A program made the position numbers and the translations under genes. A stretch of 59,920 nucleotides of DNA, taken from sequence record DRR723986_5550; one strand, given 5' to 3'. Under the pieces are notes generated by a model. It did not search any database. It saw nothing but the letters and a program-made list of their open reading frames with translations, and was not told where the DNA came from. Shown here in pieces: positions 1 to 8,608 of the stretch. Within the stretch, counting starts at the first letter, position 1. Every line of letters starts with the position of its first letter.

Positions 1-1
1 T

Positions 2-1081
2 GGTGTTGATGTTGCGGCGGTCCAAATAGACTCAAAAACTCAGGAAATGCGATTTCTCGGTGCGACCAGTGCCGAGTTTCCGCAAGATTTGAGGGACACC
101 CTTTTACTGCTGCAACACATCCCACCTTGTTTTCCGACCGAATCTGACCCAATCGCAATTTTCCTCCAGACTCGAAAAGAGTTGACTGAGCTGTATGCCA
201 ACACGACCAATGAGCTGCTGTTGTTGTTGGGACTGGAGCCTGGTGATGTTCGGGTATTGGGGGCGCATGGTCAAACCCTTCGGCATCGCCCCGATCTTGG
301 ATACACTTATCAGATGCTCGATGGCGCCCTGCTGGCCAGTAGAACAGGTATTGATGTGGTCAATGACCTGCGCTCAAAAGATGTTGCGCTGGGCGGGCAA
401 GGTGCACCGCTCGTTCCTGCTTTTCACCAAGCCTGGCTCAATGGCAAAGGCATTTACGACCGAACTGCTGTGTTAAACCTTGGTGGATTCTCCAACCTCA
501 CTGTGCTTAACGGTCAGGGGCACGCGCTCACCGGCGGTGATTGTGGCCCAGCCAACTGTCTGATGGACCTATGGGCTCAGCGTGCGTTTGAATTACCGAT
601 GGACAACGACGGCGAGATTGCCGCCATGGGAAGTCCTGACAGCGCTTTGCTCGAGAAATTGTGGACACATTCTTTTTTTCATCAGGCCTGGCCAAAAAGC
701 ACGGGTAGGGATGATTTTAGTGCACGCTGGTTTGACGGTTGTATTTCGGATTCGACTGATCTCGCGTCCGAGGACATCATGGCGACCCTGCTGAGCTTGG
801 CTGTGAGGGCTGTAAAATCTTGTTTGCCTGTGTTGGTTGAGCAAGTGTACGTATGCGGCGGTGGTGCGAAAAACAGCACTTTGATCAATCAATTGCGCTG
901 TGAGTGCGCCCCAGCTGACTTTTTCCCGATTGAAAATTTGGGCTTGCCCGCCCAGGCCGTTGAGGCAGCTGCTTTTGCCTGGCTCGGAGCGCAGTATGTA
1001 TTGTCGTCGGTGGGTAACTGCCCCTCGGTGACCGGTGCGAGCCGCCCCGCCATTCTGGGTGCCTTACACACGGCGTTGTAA
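2..1081 (+). CDS. anmK: Anhydro-N-acetylmuramic acid kinase (5' truncated by the window edge)
   Basis: Frame is open from nt 2 (GVDVAAV, tail of the SxDGxD motif); HGQTLRH, GGQGAPLVP, NLGGFSN, GPAN, PKSTGR, VCGGGAKN and EAAAFAWL are AnmK motifs. Confidence 0.93.
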   Translation, partial: GVDVAAVQIDSKTQEMRFLGATSAEFPQDLRDTLLLLQHIPPCFPTESDPIAIFLQTRKELTELYANTTNELLLLLGLEPGDVRVLGAHGQTLRHRPDLGYTYQMLDGALLASRTGIDVVNDLRSKDVALGGQGAPLVPAFHQAWLNGKGIYDRTAVLNLGGFSNLTVLNGQGHALTGGDCGPANCLMDLWAQRAFELPMDNDGEIAAMGSPDSALLEKLWTHSFFHQAWPKSTGRDDFSARWFDGCISDSTDLASEDIMATLLSLAVRAVKSCLPVLVEQVYVCGGGAKNSTLINQLRCECAPADFFPIENLGLPAQAVEAAAFAWLGAQYVLSSVGNCPSVTGASRPAILGALHTAL

Positions 1082-1100
1082 GCTGACCACTCAGTGGGAA

Positions 1101-2909
1101 TTAGCTGGTCAGTAGTGAGTTGCTGCCCAGGGTCTTGGTATTATTCCCCGCATTTTCTGTTGGCCCATTGAATGCATTCTGGTTCTTTTCGCGGGCTGGA
1201 AACAACTCGGAAATTACACCCAAGCTGACATCGGTATGGCCTGGAATCACTGGAATTCGAATCATTTCACGTGCGAATTCAACTTGCGGATTGTTTTCCA
1301 AACTTGCGTTGTAAATCAAAATACAGCAGGGTTCATAGTCGAGCAAAGAGCCTAATAGCTTAAGCTGCTCGACCGCGTGTGTTTTTTGAGCAGGGTCGCC
1401 CGCATAAAGAATGTACACAGGTGACATTCCCTTGCGCAGCGCGCTTAGGTAGGCGCGATACGCACCGTTCAGGCTGAATTCGACTTTGTCAAATCCCTGC
1501 ATCGGGAGTCGCCGCTGAATTTCCAGCAGTTGATCGTGGTTCATGGCCATGACCTGTGCTTCAAACACAGCTTGGGTTTCGAAAGTGGGGAGCTTATTGT
1601 GGTGACTTACTTCGGCTTCCTCCGGCAATATCACTTCAAAAACTGAGCCAGCCAATTTGCCGTTGTAGTAGCGGTTGCGGCATTCTGTTTTTGCGAGAAT
1701 CAGTTCGCTCAGGTCACGAACGATGCTGGAGCCATGTCCCCAACCTTTGTTATGGGCGGCTACTTTGTTGTTCTCAACACCCGAGCCAGTATCTACGATT
1801 TGAATACATACCCGTCCTTTTCGCCTCCGCAGACCCACCACTACACCCCCTTTGTTGGTGTATTTGATCGCATTGTCCAGGCCGTTCCGGATGATCTTGG
1901 CCAATGCCTCTTTGTTGCTCATGACTGTCACTTCGCTTGGGACGTAGCGAATTTGAAGATCTTTGACATTGGCCAGCATCCTGTACTCCTCAATCAACGG
2001 GCCCAGAATATCGTGAACTCTCACCGGGGTCATCGGGGCGGCGTTGTCGTCTTGTGGATACCGGATTGCATTGCCCAATTGATCAAAGAAATCTTCCAAC
2101 ATGTTCTTCAGCGCTTTTTGGGCAGTTTGAATGTGTTGGTATCTAGCAGTGACTTCCGGGTCTTTGGAAATTGCCTTGCCTACACTGGCCAATATGCCCA
2201 AGGTACTTAAGGGTTGACGCAAATCATGTCGGAAATCTTTTAACACTCGACGTCCCCGGAAGGCCAGTTTCATGATGTCCTGGTCAATTTTGGTGTGTTC
2301 ATTGAGGCCTTTTTTCGTACGTGTTCTGGAAAAATCCTGAAACACCATGTGAAAAACACAAGTACCGAGCAAGATATAAAACAGAACTTCTGTGATCTTG
2401 AAGTCCATAATCAAGGCAAGATCTGGCGAGGTAGACGCGTGAAACAGGCCGTTCACGAGGCAATAAAGAAGACTGAAATAAACTGCTTTGATCAGGTTGA
2501 TCTTGGGCAAGTTGCCGTAGGTTTTGGTGATCGCCAACAGGCAAAGGGCTTGAATGCAAATAAAGGCGACATATACCAAACCGGATGTCGTGAACATATT
2601 GGCGATTGCGGTAACGCTGCCAATCAAGAATGGAACCAGGGCAGAGCGTTCGGCAGCAACCACACCTCTTTTGCGACCCAAAAAAGCGCTTCCGAAGAAC
2701 AGAAACGAGGCGGTTTGCAGTGCTGCATGAACCGGGGTGCCGTGATGAAGTTCTTGCCGTGTGTCGTAACCGAGTATCACGAAACCCAGCAGCACCACAC
2801 CTATCACAGCGGCTGCGTTCTGCCGCTGATTGGGAAGGTGGTTTGCAAAAAACGGGTATAAGGCAACGCCCAACAGTACTGCTAGCCCTGATAGTGAACT
2901 GTCTGTCAT
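1101..2909 (-). CDS. Membrane sensor histidine kinase with atypical ATP lid and C-terminal extension
   Basis: Several N-terminal hydrophobic helices; H-box RHDLRQPL, N-box NGLDNAIKYT, G1 DTGSG, divergent G2 GWGHGSSIV; lies directly downstream of a response regulator gene. Confidence 0.88.
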   Translation of the reverse strand: MTDSSLSGLAVLLGVALYPFFANHLPNQRQNAAAVIGVVLLGFVILGYDTRQELHHGTPVHAALQTASFLFFGSAFLGRKRGVVAAERSALVPFLIGSVTAIANMFTTSGLVYVAFICIQALCLLAITKTYGNLPKINLIKAVYFSLLYCLVNGLFHASTSPDLALIMDFKITEVLFYILLGTCVFHMVFQDFSRTRTKKGLNEHTKIDQDIMKLAFRGRRVLKDFRHDLRQPLSTLGILASVGKAISKDPEVTARYQHIQTAQKALKNMLEDFFDQLGNAIRYPQDDNAAPMTPVRVHDILGPLIEEYRMLANVKDLQIRYVPSEVTVMSNKEALAKIIRNGLDNAIKYTNKGGVVVGLRRRKGRVCIQIVDTGSGVENNKVAAHNKGWGHGSSIVRDLSELILAKTECRNRYYNGKLAGSVFEVILPEEAEVSHHNKLPTFETQAVFEAQVMAMNHDQLLEIQRRLPMQGFDKVEFSLNGAYRAYLSALRKGMSPVYILYAGDPAQKTHAVEQLKLLGSLLDYEPCCILIYNASLENNPQVEFAREMIRIPVIPGHTDVSLGVISELFPAREKNQNAFNGPTENAGNNTKTLGSNSLLTS

Positions 2910-2954
2910 TTTATAGTTATATTGATGGCCAGCTTTTTCGCTGACTTTGGGTTT

Positions 2955-3626
2955 CTATGCCATGGCGGATGCGTTAAGTCGCGGAATTTTGCGATAAAGA
3001 CTGACGGCCTGGGTTCTGTTTTTCACATTCATGCGCGTGAAGATTTCGCGCAGGTGCGTTTTTATTGTTTCTGGTGACAAGTCAAGCTTGCGGGCAATTT
3101 CCTTGTTGGAAAGACCCGAGGCCAGAAAATGCATCACCTGCTGTTGCTTGTGGGTCAACTGAATACCGTTGTTTTGGCCAAGACGCCCTGTGATGTGTTC
3201 CCCGTTGGTTTGGCGATTTGACAAGGCATTGGGGCGCCACTGAACCTGAACTCCAGCACGGGTGAGTGCCTCCAGCAATACGGCAGACGTTTGCTCAAAT
3301 CCCTCTGATTTGGATAGAGTCCACGATGGAGCGTGCTGATTTGGCACCACGGAGTGAAGAAGTGTGTCGTCTCCACTCATGATCAAAGTCGGCAGGTTGG
3401 CGCTCATGGCTGCCAATGTGTCGATCACATCCTGCCCCTGACAGTCTGGCAAACGCAGATCGGTGATCACGAGCGCTGGGGAATTTTTACTGAATAATTC
3501 TTTGGCGTGGGCAATACTGGCCGCGCAGAGTATGTCTGCATTGGTCGCCACGAACTCAACGAGGTCTTTGATGCCTGTTGCGAAAAGTGGGTGATCCTCA
3601 ATAACCAGAATTTGGTTTGATGGCAT
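2955..3626 (-). CDS. NarL/FixJ (LuxR-HTH) family response regulator
   Basis: Receiver motifs IEDHP and ITDLRLPD; HTH LTHKQQQVMHFLASGLSNKEIARKLDLSPETIKTH; ATG at 3626 preceded by GGAGGAG, preferred over the ORF-track start at 3716. Confidence 0.93.
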   Translation of the reverse strand: MPSNQILVIEDHPLFATGIKDLVEFVATNADILCAASIAHAKELFSKNSPALVITDLRLPDCQGQDVIDTLAAMSANLPTLIMSGDDTLLHSVVPNQHAPSWTLSKSEGFEQTSAVLLEALTRAGVQVQWRPNALSNRQTNGEHITGRLGQNNGIQLTHKQQQVMHFLASGLSNKEIARKLDLSPETIKTHLREIFTRMNVKNRTQAVSLYRKIPRLNASAMA

Positions 3627-3715
3627 GTGTGTCTCCTCCCGAGGAAAAGCTAGTTGAAAAGGTGTCACCAGATGTGAGCATATGAACATCTTTCTTGGAT
3701 TAACACTTTTTTCCA

Positions 3716-3731
3716 ACCCTCTTTAGGGGGA
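3716..3731. promoter_or_regulatory. Candidate NarL-type 7-2-7 inverted heptamer operator
   Basis: ACCCTCT-TT-AGGGGGA, 90 nt upstream of the response regulator start. Confidence 0.4.
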
Positions 3732-3944
3732 GTTAATCTTCTTGGGTTCTGGCAGTCAATACGCAAAACCCGTAATTACAGTAATAATTCTTGAGCCTGT
3801 ATTGGTTCTGTTGGTTCTTTTCATCGGGTTCGGGTCCTATTTCACGGGCTTGCAGGCTGTTAAGCTGTGAACAGGCTGCTTTTCATTACAATAACGGGGT
3901 AGGTCAGGAAGTTGACTAATCCAGACTAGGTTCGAGCAAAAACC

Positions 3945-4646
3945 ATGAGAACAAGATCAAGCGCCGCAACCAGGCCAGTGGACGAAACGCAGGCCAGAGT
4001 GCGACGCAAAGAACAAACACGCCAGAATTTGATGCAAGCTGCACTTACCTTGGTGGGTAATGGCAGCAGCTTCACTGCGTTGGGCATTCGGGAGATTACC
4101 CGAGAGGCTGGTGTGGTGCCGACTGCCTTTTATCGCCATTTCAAAAACACTGATGAACTGGGCCTCGCTCTGGTCGAAGACGGCGGTATCACTCTGCGCA
4201 GGTTATTACGAGAAGCCCGTCAGGCCAGTTTGCCGGGCGAAGACATGATTCGGCACTCGGTGAGCGTTTTCGTCACTTACCTGAAGCAACACCATCTGGA
4301 GTGGCGGTTTATTAGTTCGGAGCGGTCGGGCGGTTCACAGTCCCTGCGAAATGCGATACGAAATGAGATTGCACACTTCACCAATGAAATGGCCAGCGAT
4401 CTGCGGCTGTTAAACATATTTCCCGGATTGTCTACACACACCTTGACCTTGATTTGCAGTCTGGTCGTTACGTTGATGATGAACTCGGCCACTGATTTTC
4501 TGGACGTCAGACCAGATCAGCCTCAGATCGAAAAAGAAATGCTCGACAATTTCGTGAAACAGATTGTAATGGTGTTTCTTGGCGCGGCACATTGGGAGGA
4601 AGAGCCCAAACAGTCGCTGCTCAGCGGGCTCTCTAAACCGAAATGA
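3945..4646 (+). CDS. fabR: TetR family regulator, FabR/DesT-like
   Basis: HTH IREITREAGVVPTAFYRHF; LGLALVEDGGITLRRLLREARQ and ERSGGS segments resemble FabR/DesT. Confidence 0.8.
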   Translation: MRTRSSAATRPVDETQARVRRKEQTRQNLMQAALTLVGNGSSFTALGIREITREAGVVPTAFYRHFKNTDELGLALVEDGGITLRRLLREARQASLPGEDMIRHSVSVFVTYLKQHHLEWRFISSERSGGSQSLRNAIRNEIAHFTNEMASDLRLLNIFPGLSTHTLTLICSLVVTLMMNSATDFLDVRPDQPQIEKEMLDNFVKQIVMVFLGAAHWEEEPKQSLLSGLSKPK

Positions 4647-6055
4647 CCAAGCCGATTGTTTATGTCGATCTGGATGGAACGTTGAGCCCATCGGATGTGC
4701 TGCTCGAGAGTTGCTTGTTGCTGCTGAAGCAGAACATCTTTTATGTGTTCCCCATGTTGTTGTGGGCAATCCGAGGTGCATGGGTATTTAAAACGGAGGT
4801 GGCCAAGCGAATAGATCCAGTGCTGGATCACCTGCCAATGGATCCTTTGGTGCTTGAGCGACTGAATCAATTGAAAGCAGCTGGTCATGAGTTGGTGCTG
4901 GCCAGTGCATCGATGCGTCGTGATGTGCTCAAGATTGCCGCCCGTTTGGGTCTTTTTGCCCGGGTCATTGCCAGCGAGCACAGCAATTTGAAGGGTCAAC
5001 AGAAACTGGCAGCCATTCAGGCAGATAGCCAAGGGCAACCCTTTGTGTATTTTGGTGATGCTTCAGTCGATATTCCAATCTGGAAACACGCCGCTTTGGC
5101 ATTTGGTGTGAACACCTCGTCTGGTACCCGACGCAAGGCAGCCTTAGCGGGCATTGAGTTAAACAGGCTTGACACTCGCAGTGCTGGCTTCAAGGTGTGG
5201 TTTAAAGCGATGCGGTTGCAGCAGTGGGCCAAGAACGGTTTGCTGTTCTTGCCCTTGATTGCCGCGCATGAAACCGATTTCGCGCTCTGGGTCAAAATGA
5301 TCTGGGGCTTTATGGCATTCGGTTTTTTGGCGTCCTCGACGTACATCTGGAACGACCTGATGGACCTCAATGCGGATCGGCAACACCCTCGAAAGCGCAA
5401 TCGGCCCCTGGCCAGCGGTGCGCTGAGTATCAGCAAGGCCTATGTGTTCATGAAGTGTTTAGGGCTGGCCGGCTTTGCGGTGGCCTGGCTGGCAGTGGGC
5501 TGGCAATTTACGCTGGTGCTGTTGGCGTACACCGTGGTTACACTGTTGTACACCTTCGTATTCAAGCGCACAGCCTTCGTTGATGTGTTGCTGTTGGCCA
5601 TGCTTTACACGGTTCGCGTGATTGCAGGCGGCGTGGGCACTGGTATTGAGCTTTCCAGCTGGCTATTGGCCATTTCACTCTTTGTGTTTTTAAGTTTGGC
5701 TTTGGTCAAGCGTTGTGCTGAGCTGGAGTTCTTGCAGCTTGAGGGTAGCCAGCCGCAGGGACGTGGTTACCGCATGAGCGATTTGAGTTACCTGGTGTCT
5801 ATGGGTATCTCAAGCGGTTTTGTGGCTGTACTGGTGTTGGCCTTGTATGTAGACAGCCAGAATGGATCGATGTTGTACGCAACGCCTGAATTTTTGTGGG
5901 GTATTTGCCCTTTGTTTTTGTATTGGTTAATGCGAATCTGGATCATGACTTCCCGTAAGGAAATGATCGATGACCCGGTGCATTTCGCCATTCACGACCG
6001 CATCAGTTGGGGCTTTTTGGCTTCAGTGGGCGTGCTTGTGTACCTGGCTTCCTGA
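4643..6055 (+). CDS. HAD-domain/UbiA family fusion, putative polyprenyl-phosphate phosphoribosyltransferase
   Basis: HAD motifs VDLDGTL and YFGDASVD; UbiA motif NDLMDLNADRQHPRKRNRPLASG, QWAKN and C-terminal DDPV; ATGA overlap with fabR. Confidence 0.88.
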   Translation: MTKPIVYVDLDGTLSPSDVLLESCLLLLKQNIFYVFPMLLWAIRGAWVFKTEVAKRIDPVLDHLPMDPLVLERLNQLKAAGHELVLASASMRRDVLKIAARLGLFARVIASEHSNLKGQQKLAAIQADSQGQPFVYFGDASVDIPIWKHAALAFGVNTSSGTRRKAALAGIELNRLDTRSAGFKVWFKAMRLQQWAKNGLLFLPLIAAHETDFALWVKMIWGFMAFGFLASSTYIWNDLMDLNADRQHPRKRNRPLASGALSISKAYVFMKCLGLAGFAVAWLAVGWQFTLVLLAYTVVTLLYTFVFKRTAFVDVLLLAMLYTVRVIAGGVGTGIELSSWLLAISLFVFLSLALVKRCAELEFLQLEGSQPQGRGYRMSDLSYLVSMGISSGFVAVLVLALYVDSQNGSMLYATPEFLWGICPLFLYWLMRIWIMTSRKEMIDDPVHFAIHDRISWGFLASVGVLVYLAS

Positions 6056-6068
6056 GATCCAAATACCC

Positions 6069-7637
6069 ATGTCTAGTCACTTTTCTTCGTCAAGGTCGCA
6101 AGGACCCGAGTTGACTTTAAGAACTGCAAAAAGCGTATTCGGGTGGACGGTTGTTATCACCGCCATCATTAAACTCTGGCTGGCTTGGTTTTTTCCCATG
6201 ACTGGCGACGAGGCTTTTTTCCATTTGTGGTCGACGGACCTGAATTGGGGCTACTACGATCACCCGCCCATGGTGGGTTGGTGGTTGTGGGCGCTAAGCC
6301 ATGCGGGCAATGAACCCATTGTGGTGCGCAGCCTGACCTTGTTGTTGACCACTGTCATCGCCTGGGGTGTAGTGCTGTTGGCCCGTGATCTGTTGCCATC
6401 TGAACAAGAAGCCCGAGCCTGGTTGGCGGGTGCTGTTTATCTGTCGATGCCGGTGTCCTGGTTTGCGGTGTTTGTGACCACCGATACGCCTCTGATATTT
6501 TTCATGGGATTGGCCATTTACACCTATGTGAAAGCAATACGCGCTGAGTCTGGCAGTGCGATGTTTCTCGCTGGTTGCTTTTTGGGACTGGCATTTTTAT
6601 CCAAATATTTTGCTGTTTTACTGGGTTTTGCATTTGGATTTCATTTGCTGTTTCAGCGTCAGCGTTTCAAGTATCTGTTTTTGTTGTCGGCGGGTGTATT
6701 GCCGTTTGCCGGTGTAAATATCGCCTACAACCTCCACAACTGCTGGAACAACATCATGTTCAACCTCGTGAATCGGCATGAGGATGCGCAGTTGGGTTGG
6801 GGGACTGTGCTCACCTACTTGGGCATGATGATTTACCTGATCACACCTTGGGCCTTGTGGAGTTTGCTCAAGGGTAGCCAGGTTTGGTTGCGTCAAGGCG
6901 CATTGGCCTTTGCACTGCTGGTACCACTGGCCCTGTTTTTGCTCATTTCGCTAGAAAAAACAGTCGGTTTGCATTGGGTGCTGGGCTTTTTGCCGATTGC
7001 CTTTGTGCTTCTGGCCTTGTGTACGCCGGGTATCTGGATGAAGCGTTACGTTGGCTTCAATGCAGTGCTGTCTGTTCCGCACCTGGTTTTGTTCGGCCTG
7101 TTGATGCATGCCGATGTGTCGGTGTGGCCTAAAAAAGATTTTCAGGAGGACGTGTTGTTCCACCGACATATGCCTGCCATTCTGGATGAATTGGACCGAG
7201 GCATGCCGGCCAATGGGGTGTTGACCACAATCGCCTACTCGCCCGCGGCCTTGATGACATACCACTACGGCAAGGTAGTGCCAGTGTTTGGTCCAGGAAA
7301 ATATCATGCGCGCAATGACGACACCTTTGTTGATTGGCGGGACATGGATGGAAAACCCATTCGGATCGTAGCCAAAGCCAAGCCGATTGATCCAGAGCTC
7401 TATCAGGATTACCTGACCAATGTGTCGGTAACAACGCAAACGATTGCGGGTGTGCCTTTCACGATTGTGGATGGAAGCAACTTCAATTACCAACGGTTCA
7501 GGGATGTGGTGTTGCGTGAGGCGGTCGATAAGTATTATCAAATCCCGTCGATACTGCCAGTGCTGGATTGTCCGTTTGCGCGCAAGTATGGATTTGAAAA
7601 AGAATGTCGCCTGCAGCCGCAGGCGACTGGCAACTAA
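6069..7637 (+). CDS. GT-C fold glycosyltransferase (ArnT/PMT_2, GT39/GT83-like)
   Basis: GDEAFF and GYYDHPPMVGW in the first loop, TTDTP, LSKY, many TM helices, C-terminal soluble domain; ATG at 6069 chosen to avoid overlap. Confidence 0.85.
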   Translation: MSSHFSSSRSQGPELTLRTAKSVFGWTVVITAIIKLWLAWFFPMTGDEAFFHLWSTDLNWGYYDHPPMVGWWLWALSHAGNEPIVVRSLTLLLTTVIAWGVVLLARDLLPSEQEARAWLAGAVYLSMPVSWFAVFVTTDTPLIFFMGLAIYTYVKAIRAESGSAMFLAGCFLGLAFLSKYFAVLLGFAFGFHLLFQRQRFKYLFLLSAGVLPFAGVNIAYNLHNCWNNIMFNLVNRHEDAQLGWGTVLTYLGMMIYLITPWALWSLLKGSQVWLRQGALAFALLVPLALFLLISLEKTVGLHWVLGFLPIAFVLLALCTPGIWMKRYVGFNAVLSVPHLVLFGLLMHADVSVWPKKDFQEDVLFHRHMPAILDELDRGMPANGVLTTIAYSPAALMTYHYGKVVPVFGPGKYHARNDDTFVDWRDMDGKPIRIVAKAKPIDPELYQDYLTNVSVTTQTIAGVPFTIVDGSNFNYQRFRDVVLREAVDKYYQIPSILPVLDCPFARKYGFEKECRLQPQATGN

Positions 7638-8608
7638 CTGCCGTTCTCAGAAATTTTTTGCCAGGTCAGTTCACCTTTGAGCAAACTTTGCTGTTCACCT
7701 TCCTTCAATTTCACAGGAATGACCCAGTGGCCGATTTCAGAGATTTTTGCAGGCTTTTTATCCAGTCTTGGATCTGCATAGGTCACCGTTCCGGTTTCGG
7801 ATACCTTGACCCAGGGGGCCTGTTCTGTTCCGGAGGTGTGAAACAGGTCCACTTGGTTAGCCCATGCATGCATGCTGTTTAGCCAGACTCCGTCTTTTCG
7901 AAGTTCGATGAACGGTACACCTTGATCGTCCAGCACTTGAAACTCACCTTGGGCTGTACCCATGCGGCTGAGCATCAAGTTGTTGCCACTCAAGCCGGGC
8001 ACCATGGCGTTCAGGCCGGTGAAGTCGGCCTCGTTAATCAGTGTCGGGCGCCAGTAACCAGTCATGGGCTCAGGCTCAATGCGTTCGATTCGAACATTGA
8101 CCGGCTTGCCGTTGGCGATCATGGCGAGATTAAAGTGAGCAATTTCTTCATTCATCAGTCGCGGGTCATACCAGCCATAGCCAGGCTGTTTGTCCAGCAA
8201 AACCCAATTGGGTTTCAACTTGGGATTGTTTTTAAGGCGATCGGGGACTGGGCCACCACCGGGTTGCCGGGAGCGGTGCCAGCCAGTCGCGTTCAGGTCG
8301 GCGTATAGTTTGTCGCTTTTGAATCTTAGAAAGGCACGTTTGTCCTCGCCCAAAATTTCGACTTGTTGTTGGCCATCTGTGGCCAAGGCAAACTGAAATG
8401 CATTGCTTTTCACAACTTGCAGTGAGACACCCTTGGGTAGCTTCGTTTTTGGACTGACGGTTGGAATACCTCCCTCGGTACCGTGTTCAGCATGTGCGAA
8501 AGCGATGGTAGGGGTAATCAGGGGGCTCGAGATAAGTAGGGTAGAAAAAGAAAACGCCAGGCAGGCGCCCAGCGTTTTCTTCACCCAGTTCGTTTTAACG
8601 ACGGGCAT
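7634..8608 (-). CDS. Secreted hypothetical protein with two internally repeated domains
   Basis: 324-aa ORF; signal peptide ending AFA-HAEHG; repeated ends WYDPRL/YADPRL; start overlaps the stop of the oxidase gene. Confidence 0.8.
   Translation of the reverse strand: MPVVKTNWVKKTLGACLAFSFSTLLISSPLITPTIAFAHAEHGTEGGIPTVSPKTKLPKGVSLQVVKSNAFQFALATDGQQQVEILGEDKRAFLRFKSDKLYADLNATGWHRSRQPGGGPVPDRLKNNPKLKPNWVLLDKQPGYGWYDPRLMNEEIAHFNLAMIANGKPVNVRIERIEPEPMTGYWRPTLINEADFTGLNAMVPGLSGNNLMLSRMGTAQGEFQVLDDQGVPFIELRKDGVWLNSMHAWANQVDLFHTSGTEQAPWVKVSETGTVTYADPRLDKKPAKISEIGHWVIPVKLKEGEQQSLLKGELTWQKISENGS

Noticed and set aside
3627-3716. 30-aa N-terminal extension of the response regulator in the ORF track
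   Set aside because: TTG start without an RBS; GGAGGAG precedes the ATG at 3626, where the receiver domain begins
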